Shown in pieces: positions 37,777-48,427 of a DNA stretch of 64,000 bases. Under the pieces are notes generated by a model. The model saw nothing but the letters and a program-made list of their open reading frames with translations, did no database searches and was not told the DNA's origin. Both the position numbers and the translations under genes were made by a program. The stretch is from a virus, in IMG/VR virus record IMGVR_UViG_3300037225_001468, positions 32,001 through 96,000 of that record. One strand, written 5' to 3'. Every line of letters begins with the position of its first letter. Positions within the stretch are counted from its first letter, which is position 1.

Positions 37777-38607
37777 ATGTTTTATCCAGATTTATATTTT
37801 CACGATGGTTGTCCCTGGATGTATCCAGATCATTTATCTTTATTAAAAAAAATAGAAATATATTCTAATATGTTGAATGTGAAAGAAAATGATTTACCTA
37901 AAGTTCTTTGTCTTGTAGCGGAATCTAGATATATGAGACCTCACGCAGAAAATCATAATGTTATTATTAATAAAGATAAGTTTAAGTTAATATTGACTCA
38001 CGATGAAGAAATATTGAGCCAATGTAATAATGCTATTTTTATGCCATTTGGAACAACTTGGATCAGTAAAGATGATTGGCATGGAAATATGCTAAAAGAA
38101 TATGGAGTTTCTTTTTTGTGTGGAAATAAATTATTATTAGAAGGTCACTATTTAAGACATAGTATTTGGAAAAATCAAAAAGATATTAAAATGCCAAAGT
38201 ATTTTTTTAATAGTTCTAGTATCCCCATGCCTAATAGTAATAATCCTATGCTATCTAGCTGTCCTACTTCTAAAATTGAATTAATGAAATGTCAATTTCA
38301 TATTGCTATTGAAAACTGTCAGATTAATAATTATTTTACGGAAAAGATTATTGATTGTTTTATTACAAAAACCATTCCTGTATATCGAGGATGTCCTAAT
38401 ATAAAAGATTTTTTTAATATAAAAGGTATGTTTTTATTTCAGGATGAAAATGATTTACTAGATATATTAAATAGACAGATTAAAGACACAACATATGAGA
38501 GCATGGCAGAGTGTGTAGAAGAAAATTATAATTTATGTAAGCAGTATTGTGTTTCTATACAAAAGAGGTTAGAAGAGATTATTAATAAAAATATAGATAG
38601 ATTATGA
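37777..38607 (+). CDS. GT10-like (alpha-1,3-fucosyltransferase-type) glycosyltransferase
   Basis: FHIAIEN...NYFTEKIIDCF...TIPVYRGCPNI. Confidence 0.8.
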   Translation: MFYPDLYFHDGCPWMYPDHLSLLKKIEIYSNMLNVKENDLPKVLCLVAESRYMRPHAENHNVIINKDKFKLILTHDEEILSQCNNAIFMPFGTTWISKDDWHGNMLKEYGVSFLCGNKLLLEGHYLRHSIWKNQKDIKMPKYFFNSSSIPMPNSNNPMLSSCPTSKIELMKCQFHIAIENCQINNYFTEKIIDCFITKTIPVYRGCPNIKDFFNIKGMFLFQDENDLLDILNRQIKDTTYESMAECVEENYNLCKQYCVSIQKRLEEIINKNIDRL

Positions 38608-39278
38608 AAATAACTTTTATATGTTATTCTGATGAAAATTATTTTACATATCAAAAAAGATTGGTAGACAATATCTCTACAATGGGATTTAGTGATATTG
38701 TAGCCTTTAATAGAAACGATTTAATAAAAACAGAATTTTACAAAGAAAACCAAAATATATTAGACAAAAAAAGAGGTGGCGGTTACTGGTTATGGAAACC
38801 CTTTTTTATATTAGAAACATTAAAGAAACAAAATGATGGAGATATTATTTTTTATATGGACTGTGGAGATCTATGTAGTAAAAATATATTAGATCTAATT
38901 CAAGTTAAGATACAAAGTAATGATGGATTTTTTGTTATTAGATCTAATAACATAAATAAGCAATGGACTAAAAGAGATTGTTTTGTTTTAATGGATTGTG
39001 ATAATGAGAGATATCATAATGGAACACAGTTAGAAGCAGGATGTTGTGGATTTATGAAAAATAAATTTACTATTGAATTTTTACAAGAATGGTTAAAATT
39101 TGCTTTAAATGAAAATATTTTAACTGATGTAAAAAATATTTGTGGTAAAGAAAATTTTCCTGAATTTATAGATCATAGACACGATCAAAGTATATTATCA
39201 TTATTAACTATAAAATATAATATAAAAAGCATTTATTCAGATGATATTTCATCATATATAGGATATAATGTATTATAA
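38604..39278 (+). CDS. putative glycosyltransferase
   Basis: RGGGYWLWKP, YMDCG, WTKRD, HRHDQSILSLL. Confidence 0.6.
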   Translation: MKITFICYSDENYFTYQKRLVDNISTMGFSDIVAFNRNDLIKTEFYKENQNILDKKRGGGYWLWKPFFILETLKKQNDGDIIFYMDCGDLCSKNILDLIQVKIQSNDGFFVIRSNNINKQWTKRDCFVLMDCDNERYHNGTQLEAGCCGFMKNKFTIEFLQEWLKFALNENILTDVKNICGKENFPEFIDHRHDQSILSLLTIKYNIKSIYSDDISSYIGYNVL

Positions 39279-39280
39279 AA

Positions 39281-40054
39281 ATGTATTCAAAAAATTTATC
39301 ATTTGTAGTCCAGGGACCAATTATTGATAAAGATAATTGCACTATTAGGTGCCTGTCGTCGATAAGAAAGTATTTTCCTCAGTCAGAAATTATTTTATCT
39401 ACATGGCCTAATTATGATGTAAAAAATATATCTTATGATAAACTGGTTGTTTCATATAACGATCCTGGAGATCATTATATGAATTTAAATAGACAGATAA
39501 TTACCACACAAAGAGGGTTAGAAAAAGCTTCTAATGATACATCTATAAAGATACGAACAGATATCATATTTAGTAACGATAATATTTTACAATATTATGG
39601 AAAATGGAATATAAAGAATATAATGCCGGTTTTTGATGATATTATTATGGTATCTAATATGCAAACTATAGATCCAGAAAATAATGTAGAAATGAAAAGT
39701 TGGCACAGATGTTTTAATCCAAGCGACTGGGCTATTATGGGAGCAACTTCTGATCTGGGATTTTTATTTGATATTCCTCTGATAGATAATAGTGTAGAGT
39801 TCACCATTAGTCCTGAACAATATATTTGGTTACACACTATACAAAAAAAATATCCAGAAATAAAATTAAAAAACATGACAGAAGTTAATAGTGACTTGAT
39901 AGAAAAAACTTTGATTTTTTATGCTTGTAATTTAACTATTTTGAATATATATAGTCAATTTGGAATATATTCAGAAAAATATAAGTATCAAAATGAGTTG
40001 GACAATCATTTTATGCAACATCAAAAATGGTTAGATTATAGAGAAAAACTATGA
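39281..40054 (+). CDS. WavE-like lipopolysaccharide synthesis protein
   Basis: SFVVQGPI, SEIILSTW, DPG, NLNRQIITT..GL, KIRTD, SDW, PEQYIW. Confidence 0.8.
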   Translation: MYSKNLSFVVQGPIIDKDNCTIRCLSSIRKYFPQSEIILSTWPNYDVKNISYDKLVVSYNDPGDHYMNLNRQIITTQRGLEKASNDTSIKIRTDIIFSNDNILQYYGKWNIKNIMPVFDDIIMVSNMQTIDPENNVEMKSWHRCFNPSDWAIMGATSDLGFLFDIPLIDNSVEFTISPEQYIWLHTIQKKYPEIKLKNMTEVNSDLIEKTLIFYACNLTILNIYSQFGIYSEKYKYQNELDNHFMQHQKWLDYREKL

Positions 40055-40866
40055 ATATTATATATTTTATTACACATAAAACTTTAACTAAAGAAAACGC
40101 AAGAATGTCTTTGTTGTCTTTAAAAAATCAAAATTTTGATTTTCATTGGAATGCTTTATGTATATATAATTCTCATCAAGAAGATATTAATAATAGTGAG
40201 ATTAAAAATATTATTGATCAATTTGGATTAAAATATGATCTCATAGATTTTCTTTCTGAAACAAATACTAAAACTCTCGCACAAGATATTCATCATATAT
40301 CCTGTCACGCAAAAAAAAATGTTTCTGATAATGATAAAATTCTTTTATTAAAATCAGATTATTATTTATCTGTAAATTTTAACAAAAGTATCAATTCTAT
40401 TTTAGATAATAATTTTATTTTTTCTTTACCTATCTATAATGCTAAAGAGTGGGTATTAAGTGATGATATAATAAAAAAATCTTTAGAAATAGACTTTAAG
40501 TATGTAGATAACGAAACATATTATAGAGGATCAGATATTTTTGAGCCTAAAGAAGAATTCGGATTACATTTAAACATTAAAGATACTGATGATAAAATTA
40601 AGTTTGTTTCTCATTGTGTAAAAGGAGATTTTAATTGTCATGTTCTTGATGGTTGTGCTATAAAAAACTTAAATATTGAGAAAAATGATATGGAGGCAAG
40701 TTGGGGAGGAATGGGAAATTCTATTAATTCTCTTAGAGAATTTAGAGTTAAATTTTTGAATAATTTAGATTGTTTTGCTATTCATATGTTTCATGATATT
40801 ATTTCTAAAAATAGAAAAGAAGTTAGAAAAGATGATAGAAAAAACTTTTTAGGACAAAGGTATTAA
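40051..40866 (+). CDS. hypothetical protein, probably glycosyltransferase-like
   Basis: position in the island; LKSD and HMFH motifs. Confidence 0.5.
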   Translation: MNIIYFITHKTLTKENARMSLLSLKNQNFDFHWNALCIYNSHQEDINNSEIKNIIDQFGLKYDLIDFLSETNTKTLAQDIHHISCHAKKNVSDNDKILLLKSDYYLSVNFNKSINSILDNNFIFSLPIYNAKEWVLSDDIIKKSLEIDFKYVDNETYYRGSDIFEPKEEFGLHLNIKDTDDKIKFVSHCVKGDFNCHVLDGCAIKNLNIEKNDMEASWGGMGNSINSLREFRVKFLNNLDCFAIHMFHDIISKNRKEVRKDDRKNFLGQRY

Positions 40867-40868
40867 GG

Positions 40869-41561
40869 ATGAAAACAAAAGAAGATTATGCAAATATGCA
40901 AAAATTTTGGTATGATAAAAACGTAAAATGGATGGACGATACCGGTAATCACAGAGAACATGATAAGAATAATGATTATTGGGAGATATTACTTAAGCCA
41001 ATGTTTGAAAATCATTTTGATTATGTTCTAGATTTTGGATGTGGACATGGTAGGAATATATCTAATATTTTAAAGAATAGTAGTTGTTTAAGATGTGATG
41101 GAGTGGACATTTCAAGTGAAAATATAAAATATACTGAAAAAAATTTAAATAAAGAGATTGAAGATAAGAACAGATATAAACTTTATGTTAATAATGGAAT
41201 AGATATTAAAATAATAGATAATGATAGTTATAATTTTATTGTTTCAACAATTGTTTTTCAACATATTTGTGTTTATGAAATAAGATATAATTTATTAAAA
41301 GATATTTATAGGATTTTAAAACAAGATGGTATATTTTCATTTCAGATGGGATTCGGTTTTGGACACAAGGCTGCTGCCGATTATTATGATAATATATATG
41401 ATGCAGAAGGTACAAATTCTTTATATGATGTTAGAGTGGAAAAATCAGAATATATAGAAAATGATTTAAAAAATATTGGATATAAAAATATATCATATAT
41501 TATATCAAAATCATATTTAGACAGTCATGAAAATTGGATTTATTTTAAGGCTAAAAAATGA
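40869..41561 (+). CDS. class I SAM-dependent methyltransferase
   Basis: VLDFGCGHGR, GVDIS, STIVFQHI, RILKQDG. Confidence 0.88.
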   Translation: MKTKEDYANMQKFWYDKNVKWMDDTGNHREHDKNNDYWEILLKPMFENHFDYVLDFGCGHGRNISNILKNSSCLRCDGVDISSENIKYTEKNLNKEIEDKNRYKLYVNNGIDIKIIDNDSYNFIVSTIVFQHICVYEIRYNLLKDIYRILKQDGIFSFQMGFGFGHKAAADYYDNIYDAEGTNSLYDVRVEKSEYIENDLKNIGYKNISYIISKSYLDSHENWIYFKAKK

Positions 41562-42295
41562 AAATAGCATTATGTTTATCTGGTTTCTTGAGGAATTTTG
41601 ATAAAACTTTTTCTTTTTGGAAAAAATATTTATTTGATATATATAATGTGGATATTTTTATAGATACATGGAATACAATAGATTATAATAGTGACGTTGC
41701 CTCTCAAGATGTGTTATCTGCATTTCAAAAAAACATTAAGAATATTAATATAGAAAAAAGGATTATAAATTTTAATAAAAATATAATGTTGTCACATTTT
41801 AGACAGGCTACAAATGGGAATATTAATAATCCTATTTCTATGTTTTATAAAATAAAGTCTTGTTATCTTTTATGTAAACAGTCGAGTGTTAATTATGATA
41901 TAATTATTAGAGCAAGACCTGATTTATTTATTATTTCTCCTTTTATATTTGAGGAAGATTATAATCAATATATTTATGTTCCTACTCATGATTTTCATAA
42001 TGACTTTGATAAAATAGGAAGAGTAGAATATAAAGATTATTTATTAAAAAAGTATGTAGATTTTCAAAAAGATGAATTGCAGGGAAATGGGTTAATAAAA
42101 GAACAAGGATTATTAGATCATTTAGCGTATTCTTCTGTGAATAATATGGAAGCATATTCTGGGGTTTATGATAATTATGAAAAGTATTATCAAGAAGGAT
42201 GTAATGTAAGGCCGGAGATTATATTGGCTTATCATCTTTTAAATAACAATATTAAAACAAAAAGTTTTCTTTGTAATTTTAGGATAAATTTATGA
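41558..42295 (+). CDS. putative glycosyltransferase (KIALCLSGxxR family)
   Basis: MKIALCLSGFLRNF, DIFIDTW, SMFYK, YDIIIRARPDL, PE. Confidence 0.65.
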   Translation: MKIALCLSGFLRNFDKTFSFWKKYLFDIYNVDIFIDTWNTIDYNSDVASQDVLSAFQKNIKNINIEKRIINFNKNIMLSHFRQATNGNINNPISMFYKIKSCYLLCKQSSVNYDIIIRARPDLFIISPFIFEEDYNQYIYVPTHDFHNDFDKIGRVEYKDYLLKKYVDFQKDELQGNGLIKEQGLLDHLAYSSVNNMEAYSGVYDNYEKYYQEGCNVRPEIILAYHLLNNNIKTKSFLCNFRINL

Positions 42296-42909
42296 AATGG
42301 ACATTTGGAATTGTTACTGCTGGAGGACAAGAAGATAGAATCATGTTGATGATAGAATCTATAGAAAAACAAAATATTCCTATTAACGATTATGAAATAA
42401 TTATAGTAGGAAATTGTAAAATACAAAGAAATAATTTAAAAAATTTAGATTTTAATGAAAACATAAAACCTGGATGGATTACTCGTAAAAAAAACATGAT
42501 ATCTCAAGTGTCTTTTTTTAATAATGTTTGTCTTATGCACGATTATATTATATTATTAGATGATTGGTATAAAAATTTTGTTAATTTTGGAGAAGATTGG
42601 GATGTATGTATGAATAGAATAGAAAGAATGGATGGTAAGAGATATAGAGATTGGACATTATGGATGCCAGATAATATACCATATGAAGATCATTCTAGAA
42701 TTAAAGACATGTATGTTTCTGGGGCTTATTTTTGTGCAAAAAAACAATTTTTATTACAATATCCCTTTGACGAAAATAGAGTGTGGGGCAGAGGAGAAGA
42801 CCTGGAGTGGTCTATGCGAGTTAGGGGACATTGGAATTATAAGTGTAATTCTAATTCAATAGTGAGATTGTTAAAAAAGCCAGTATGCACTACAGGTTGT
42901 CATGATTGA
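42292..42909 (+). CDS. GT2-like glycosyltransferase
   Basis: FGIVT, GWITRKKN, MHDYI, SGAYF, GEDLEWS. Confidence 0.65.
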   Translation: MKWTFGIVTAGGQEDRIMLMIESIEKQNIPINDYEIIIVGNCKIQRNNLKNLDFNENIKPGWITRKKNMISQVSFFNNVCLMHDYIILLDDWYKNFVNFGEDWDVCMNRIERMDGKRYRDWTLWMPDNIPYEDHSRIKDMYVSGAYFCAKKQFLLQYPFDENRVWGRGEDLEWSMRVRGHWNYKCNSNSIVRLLKKPVCTTGCHD

Positions 42910-42915
42910 AAAATA

Positions 42916-43650
42916 TTATAATTTTTTGCATATAATAAATATCCAGTGTGAAGGCCAATATTGAGAATGTGAAAAACCATTAAAATTATTATATTTATCA
43001 CTTACTTGAAAAAAAGATATTTTTACATCTGAAAACAATGATGCAAAGTCTTCTTTCATTAAATTAATACAATTATCATTTACTATTACATCGCATCCTG
43101 CATTAGTTTTTTCGGCATCGAATTTATCTATATCCCAAGTGACATGTGGTTTTTCATTAAAAGTTGAATGATATGCAAGTTGTATGGAAATAAATCCATT
43201 TGGTTTTAATGCTCTTGACATACTTTCAAGTATCATCTTTCTGATAGTTCTGGAGGCTATGTGTTGCATACAGATTGAACTATAAATAAGATCGTAGCTC
43301 TCTAGTGAGACTGGTCCAACATCGCCTCCATTAGTTAAATAGAATTGAGAGTTTGGATATTTTGTTTTGGCGATGTTAATTAGTCTTATAGATATATCTG
43401 CTCCATCTACTCTTTGAAATAGTGGAGACATTCGATTGATCATTCTACCTGGTCCACAACCAAAGTCTAATGCTATTTTATCTTTAGTTGTTTGGAACAG
43501 AGGACGATTAATATCACCATCATAATGTAATAAATATTTTTCATATGGAAATTGTTCGTGCCACCCCCAATGACCGACAATATCTTCTGGACTGTCTAGT
43601 CCATCGTAGTATGTTCTTTGCATGTCTATATAATTTTGTTTTGTAGTCAT
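42916..43650 (-). CDS. class I SAM-dependent methyltransferase, paralog of 40869-41561
   Basis: ALDFGCGPGR, GADIS, SSICMQHI, RALKPNG. Confidence 0.88.
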   Translation of the reverse strand: MTTKQNYIDMQRTYYDGLDSPEDIVGHWGWHEQFPYEKYLLHYDGDINRPLFQTTKDKIALDFGCGPGRMINRMSPLFQRVDGADISIRLINIAKTKYPNSQFYLTNGGDVGPVSLESYDLIYSSICMQHIASRTIRKMILESMSRALKPNGFISIQLAYHSTFNEKPHVTWDIDKFDAEKTNAGCDVIVNDNCINLMKEDFASLFSDVKISFFQVSDKYNNFNGFSHSQYWPSHWIFIICKKL

Positions 43651-43655
43651 AGTGA

Positions 43656-43714
43656 TTATATCGGAATAAAAGGTAAAAAATTTTAAACAATTTTTAAAAA
43701 ATATTCCGATATAA
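43656..43714. promoter_or_regulatory. symmetric divergent promoter: 13-bp inverted repeat TATTCCGATATAA, each copy 5 nt before an ATG
   Basis: ttatatcggaata 43656-43668 and tattccgatataa 43702-43714; starts at 43650(-) and 43720(+). Confidence 0.7.
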
Positions 43715-43719
43715 ACATT

Positions 43720-44340
43720 ATGATTAAGGCAATATTGTATGATCTTGATGGTGTTTTAGTTGACGCCTGTGATTGGCATTATGAATCATTGAATTTAGCG
43801 CTTAAAAGGGTTGCTAATTATGAGATATCAAGACAAAAACACTTAGATACTTTTAATGGTATTCCTACAAAAAGAAAACTAGAGATATTGAAAGAAATGA
43901 AAGTTCTTCGTGAAGACCAGTTTGATAAGGTTTGGAAATTAAAACAGGAATATACTATAGATGTTATAAAACAAAAAGCTCATTTTGATGGTTATAAAAT
44001 AAAACTTCATAAATATACAAAAGGCATAGGTATTGTGTCGGCATGTGTGACTAATTCTATTGCAAAAACTGCCAGTTTAATGCTGGAATATACTGGACAG
44101 CTTTCATATATGGAATTTGTTGTTTCAAATGAAGATGTAAAAGAATCGAAACCTAGTCCAATGCCATACATATATGCTACACATAAACTGGGGTTAATGG
44201 CCAAAGATATTTTAGTAGTAGAAGATTCACCAAAAGGTATAGAGTCGGCTTATGCTTCTGGATGTCAAGTTTTAGAAGTAAAAGGTTGTTATGATGTTAT
44301 TGAAGAAATAATAGAAAAAGTTATTAAGGAGAAAATCTAA
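43720..44340 (+). CDS. HAD-family phosphatase
   Basis: YDLDGVLVD, TNS, KPSP, VEDSPKG. Confidence 0.88.
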   Translation: MIKAILYDLDGVLVDACDWHYESLNLALKRVANYEISRQKHLDTFNGIPTKRKLEILKEMKVLREDQFDKVWKLKQEYTIDVIKQKAHFDGYKIKLHKYTKGIGIVSACVTNSIAKTASLMLEYTGQLSYMEFVVSNEDVKESKPSPMPYIYATHKLGLMAKDILVVEDSPKGIESAYASGCQVLEVKGCYDVIEEIIEKVIKEKI

Positions 44341-45075
44341 ATGGTAAATATAGTTATTCCAATGGCGGGTCGTGGAAAAAGATTTACTGAAGCAGGATAT
44401 GCTTGTCCTAAACCTTTTATTGATGTTAATGGTAAACCTATGATTATTAGAGTTGTTGAAAACTTAAAGATTAGTGATACATGTTGTTTTATTTTTATTT
44501 GTCTTCAAGAGTTTATTGATAAATTTGGAAGCACATTTGAGAAAATGATACGTGATTGTATTGGTAATAATTTTAAGATAGTTATTGTAAACCAGGTTAC
44601 AGAGGGAGCGGCTTGCACAGTCCTTTTAACAGAGAAATATATTAACAATGATGATGAGTTAGTTATAGCTAATTGTGACCAGTTGGTTTTAGATAATGAT
44701 TTTAATCAAAAATCTATTGATTATTATAGAAAACATAAAGTAGATGGAGGAATACTTTGTTTTTTAAATGATTCACCCAAGTGGAGTTATGTAAAATTAT
44801 CTAACAGTAAAATAGTAGAAGTAGTTGAAAAACAGGTAGTAAGTAATTTAGCAACAGTCGGCATTTATTATTTTAGTAAAGGCAAAACCTTTGTTGATTG
44901 TGCTAAAAGTATGATATTAAACAATATGCGTGTAAATGGAGAGTTTTATGTAGCTCCAGTGTTTAATGGCATGATTATTCGTGGATTAAGTGTTTTACCA
45001 TTTTTAGTTAATGAAATGGTTGGACTTGGTGTTCCAGAAGATTTAGAAAGATATGAGAATGGAGATTATATTTGA
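44341..45075 (+). CDS. sugar-phosphate nucleotidyltransferase
   Basis: IVIPMAGRGKRF, PKPFI, TEGAACTVL, ANCDQ, EK, RVNGEFYVAP, GLGVPEDL. Confidence 0.88.
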   Translation: MVNIVIPMAGRGKRFTEAGYACPKPFIDVNGKPMIIRVVENLKISDTCCFIFICLQEFIDKFGSTFEKMIRDCIGNNFKIVIVNQVTEGAACTVLLTEKYINNDDELVIANCDQLVLDNDFNQKSIDYYRKHKVDGGILCFLNDSPKWSYVKLSNSKIVEVVEKQVVSNLATVGIYYFSKGKTFVDCAKSMILNNMRVNGEFYVAPVFNGMIIRGLSVLPFLVNEMVGLGVPEDLERYENGDYI

Positions 45076-45725
45076 TAGGCTTTTTTCATATAGCAACTAT
45101 TGGTAATTATAAATCTGTTATAGAGGAAATTTTTAATTCTATATGTGAAAGTGGTATTTTATTAGAAATAAACCAGTTAAATATATGTATTGTTGGTAAT
45201 GGAGATGTAAATATAAAGAATAATGAAAAAATTATTATTCATAGATTAGGGGACATAGGGCTTTATGAGTTTCCAACATTACAGATTTTAGAAAATACAG
45301 CACAGATCTCTGATGATAATTTATTTTATATACATACTAAAGGTGTTGGAACAGAAAATAATGAATGTATAGATGATTGGCGAAAATACATGATTTATTT
45401 TATTATTAAAAAATATAAAAAGTGTAATGAAGAACTTGATAAGGGATTCGATGTTGTAGGTGTGGACTGGAGAAATGAACCAGTAGGACATTTTTCAGGA
45501 AATTTTTGGTGGACTAAAAGTTCTTATATAAAAAGTTTGCCAAAAATAAAAGATATATCTCAAGAAAACTATCCAAGAGTTTTAACATTAAGACATAATG
45601 CTGAGTTTTGGATAGGAATGAATAAGGAAGCAAAAATAAAATCCTTATGGGATTGTGGAATAAACCAATATCAAAGACACTTACATAGATATGAAAGTTT
45701 TAATTATATTAATAAGGACTTTTAG
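45072..45725 (+). CDS. putative glycosyltransferase-associated protein
   Basis: EFPTL, YIHTKG, WRKYM, HFSGNFWW, AEFWI; TTG start. Confidence 0.55.
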   Translation: MIGFFHIATIGNYKSVIEEIFNSICESGILLEINQLNICIVGNGDVNIKNNEKIIIHRLGDIGLYEFPTLQILENTAQISDDNLFYIHTKGVGTENNECIDDWRKYMIYFIIKKYKKCNEELDKGFDVVGVDWRNEPVGHFSGNFWWTKSSYIKSLPKIKDISQENYPRVLTLRHNAEFWIGMNKEAKIKSLWDCGINQYQRHLHRYESFNYINKDF

Positions 45726-45741
45726 AAAAGATAAAATTACT

Positions 45742-46374
45742 ATGAAAACATTAGATCAAATAAAAGAATATGTTGTGAATGTAGGTTCTAATAGTGTAGG
45801 AGTTTTTGGTGGAAATTTTGAAGGAGGATATGAACTTCAGCAAGATATAGTTGAAGTTAGTGAATTTATTATGGATCACCAAACTGCTAATATACAAAAC
45901 TATATTGAAATAGGGTGTGCCGCTGGTGGATTTACAAGGTTATTTTGTGATATTATTAACGTTGAAAATGTTTATACAATAGATCTGGGTAATCATCCTT
46001 CGATTGATAATATTAAAAATCCTAAAGCTCTTGATAGGAATATAAAAAACACTCGTCATACAGGAGGATTTGAAAGATTTATAGGAGATAGTCATTCTCA
46101 AGAATGTAAAGAATGGATACAAAAACAAAATGTTAAGTTTGATTTTGTTTTTATAGATGGAGATCATAGTTATGGGGGAGTTAGACAGGACACAGAACTG
46201 GTTTTACCGTATATTAATTTAGGCTGTATTGTTATGTATCATGATCATATAGTTGTTAATGATATTGTTGTTTTTGTAAAAGAATTAAAAAATAATCTTT
46301 TTCCAGATTTAAGTTTTGTAAAAGAATATAAAGGGTATCTTGTTAAAGGAATAGCCGTGTTTACTAAGAAATAA
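45742..46374 (+). CDS. class I SAM-dependent methyltransferase (Methyltransf_24-like)
   Basis: YIEIGCAAGG, GDSH, FDFVFIDGDHSYGGV..D, YHD; ATG 45742 preferred over 45691. Confidence 0.85.
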   Translation: MKTLDQIKEYVVNVGSNSVGVFGGNFEGGYELQQDIVEVSEFIMDHQTANIQNYIEIGCAAGGFTRLFCDIINVENVYTIDLGNHPSIDNIKNPKALDRNIKNTRHTGGFERFIGDSHSQECKEWIQKQNVKFDFVFIDGDHSYGGVRQDTELVLPYINLGCIVMYHDHIVVNDIVVFVKELKNNLFPDLSFVKEYKGYLVKGIAVFTKK

Positions 46375-46412
46375 TATCGTGTGAGAAAAACTAATTTTTA
46401 GGAGATTGTAAT

Positions 46413-46883
46413 ATGTATGAGCATATTAAAGACTTAGATATTAAAAAAACTTTAGAAACTTATAAACCTCTTTTAGATTCTTGTAAAAATAAACCACTTG
46501 ATTTAAGTGGATATAGAGTTGAAAAACATTGGGGATATGAAATTTGGCTTGAAGTTAATGAATTTTATGCATACAAGTTAATTCATATGAATCTTGGATG
46601 CCGTTGTAGTTTGCAATCTCATGCCATTAAGGTTGAAGCTAATTATGTTATAGATGGAGAGGCAGAAGTTCTTTTAGAAAATGATAAAGGAGAAATGGAA
46701 TCTACTATTTATACCGTGGGACAGGGATGGTGTGTGCCTGCTGGTAAAAAACATAGAGTTATTGCCAAAACTGCATATACGGCATTAGAGGTCTCAACTC
46801 CCCATCTTGATGATATTACAAGATTTGCTGATGACATGAATAGGGGAAATGGAAAAATAGAATCAGAACATAAAAAACAATGA
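46413..46883 (+). CDS. cupin, mannose-6-phosphate isomerase type
   Basis: VEKHWGYE, SLQSHAIKVE, HR, EVSTPHLDDITRFAD. Confidence 0.8.
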   Translation: MYEHIKDLDIKKTLETYKPLLDSCKNKPLDLSGYRVEKHWGYEIWLEVNEFYAYKLIHMNLGCRCSLQSHAIKVEANYVIDGEAEVLLENDKGEMESTIYTVGQGWCVPAGKKHRVIAKTAYTALEVSTPHLDDITRFADDMNRGNGKIESEHKKQ

Positions 46884-48427
46884 ATTATAAACTTTGTATC
46901 ATGTGTGCTGGAGTAGGATCAAGAGTCCAAATATACTCTAATCTTCATAAGGCATTATTACCAATAGGTAATAGGGCAGTTATTTCTAGAATATTAGATA
47001 GTTTTCCAAAAGAAGTAGAAATAGTTATAGCATTAGGATATATGGCAGATCAGGTAAGATCTTTTTTAGAATATGCACATTATGATAGAAAATTTACTTT
47101 TGTTTATGTAGATAATTATGACAAAGTTGGTTCTGGTCCGGGTTACAGTTTGCTACAATGTAAAAACTTTTTACAATGTCCTTTTGTTTTTACTTCTGCT
47201 GATACTATTGTAGATAAAGAAGAAAATAATCTTATACCTGATAAAAATTGGATTGGTATAGGATATATTCCGGAAAATAAATCAGGAGGTTCTTTTTTGC
47301 TGTATGATGAGAGAAAAGGTTTATACTATGGTAAGGGGACAAATGTGTTCGTTGGTATGGCTGGTATATTTGATTTTGAAAAATTCTGGAATGGTCTAGA
47401 AAATTCCAAGTTACAATTGGGAGAATATCAGGTAGTTAACGGTCTTTCTGTTATCAATAATTTTGTTGTGAAAAGATTTAATTCTTGGCAGGACACTGGA
47501 AGTGTTGATAATTATAATAATACATTATCTAAATATGGAAAGATTGTAGAAAATAAAAAAAATGAAGTTATATATATAGAAAACAATAGAGTTATTAAGT
47601 TATATTCTAATTCACATAGTATTGATAATAGAATAAAAAGATCTAAAATTTTACACGATTTTGTTCCAAGTGTAAAAAAAATAAATGAAAATATGTATGG
47701 ATATGATTATATTAATGGAAAACTTTTGTCGGATGTTAAAGATGAAAAAATTTTTGATGCTTTTTATGATTTTTTGGAAAAGTTTATTATTAAAGCAAAT
47801 ACATTTAATTTAGATGCCTTCAAAAAAGATTGTATTAAAATACATAAAGATAAAACATATGAAAGAGTGAAACAAAATAAATATTTACAAGAGCTTGATG
47901 GTATTAAAGAAATTAATGGTATATCTATTAGACCAATAGATAAATTATTAGATGAAATTGACTGGATACAAATTATAGATAGTGCTATTCCGATTTATTT
48001 TCATGGTGATTTACAGCCAGAAAATATTATATGTAGTGAAAATAATTTTATTTTAATAGATTGGAGAGAAGCGTTTGGTGATAGTCTTGAAATAGGTGAC
48101 CTTTATTATGATTTAGGAAAATTATATCATGCTATTATAGTAAATGGAGAAGTTATTAGAAGAAAACAATTTTCTATTGACATCATAGATAATAGGGCTT
48201 TTATTAATATAAGTGTTAATAATAATTTACTTGTGCTTTTAAGTAAATTTGTAGATTTTTGTAAAAAGAAACAATATGACTGGAATAAAGTTTTATTGTT
48301 AGGAGCACTACAGTACATTAATATATCATCTGTGCATTTTGGAGATTATTCAAGATTCTTATTTCTATTTGGTAAGTTATGTTTAGAAAAATATTTTCAA
48401 AAAGAGATAAAAAATGAAATATTATGA
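46880..48427 (+). CDS. nucleotidyltransferase fused to an APH/choline-kinase-like phosphotransferase
   Basis: AGVGSR..HKALLPI, WQDTG; C-terminal HGDLQPENI, LIDWR, GDLYYDLGKL. Confidence 0.82.
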   Translation: MNYKLCIMCAGVGSRVQIYSNLHKALLPIGNRAVISRILDSFPKEVEIVIALGYMADQVRSFLEYAHYDRKFTFVYVDNYDKVGSGPGYSLLQCKNFLQCPFVFTSADTIVDKEENNLIPDKNWIGIGYIPENKSGGSFLLYDERKGLYYGKGTNVFVGMAGIFDFEKFWNGLENSKLQLGEYQVVNGLSVINNFVVKRFNSWQDTGSVDNYNNTLSKYGKIVENKKNEVIYIENNRVIKLYSNSHSIDNRIKRSKILHDFVPSVKKINENMYGYDYINGKLLSDVKDEKIFDAFYDFLEKFIIKANTFNLDAFKKDCIKIHKDKTYERVKQNKYLQELDGIKEINGISIRPIDKLLDEIDWIQIIDSAIPIYFHGDLQPENIICSENNFILIDWREAFGDSLEIGDLYYDLGKLYHAIIVNGEVIRRKQFSIDIIDNRAFINISVNNNLLVLLSKFVDFCKKKQYDWNKVLLLGALQYINISSVHFGDYSRFLFLFGKLCLEKYFQKEIKNEIL

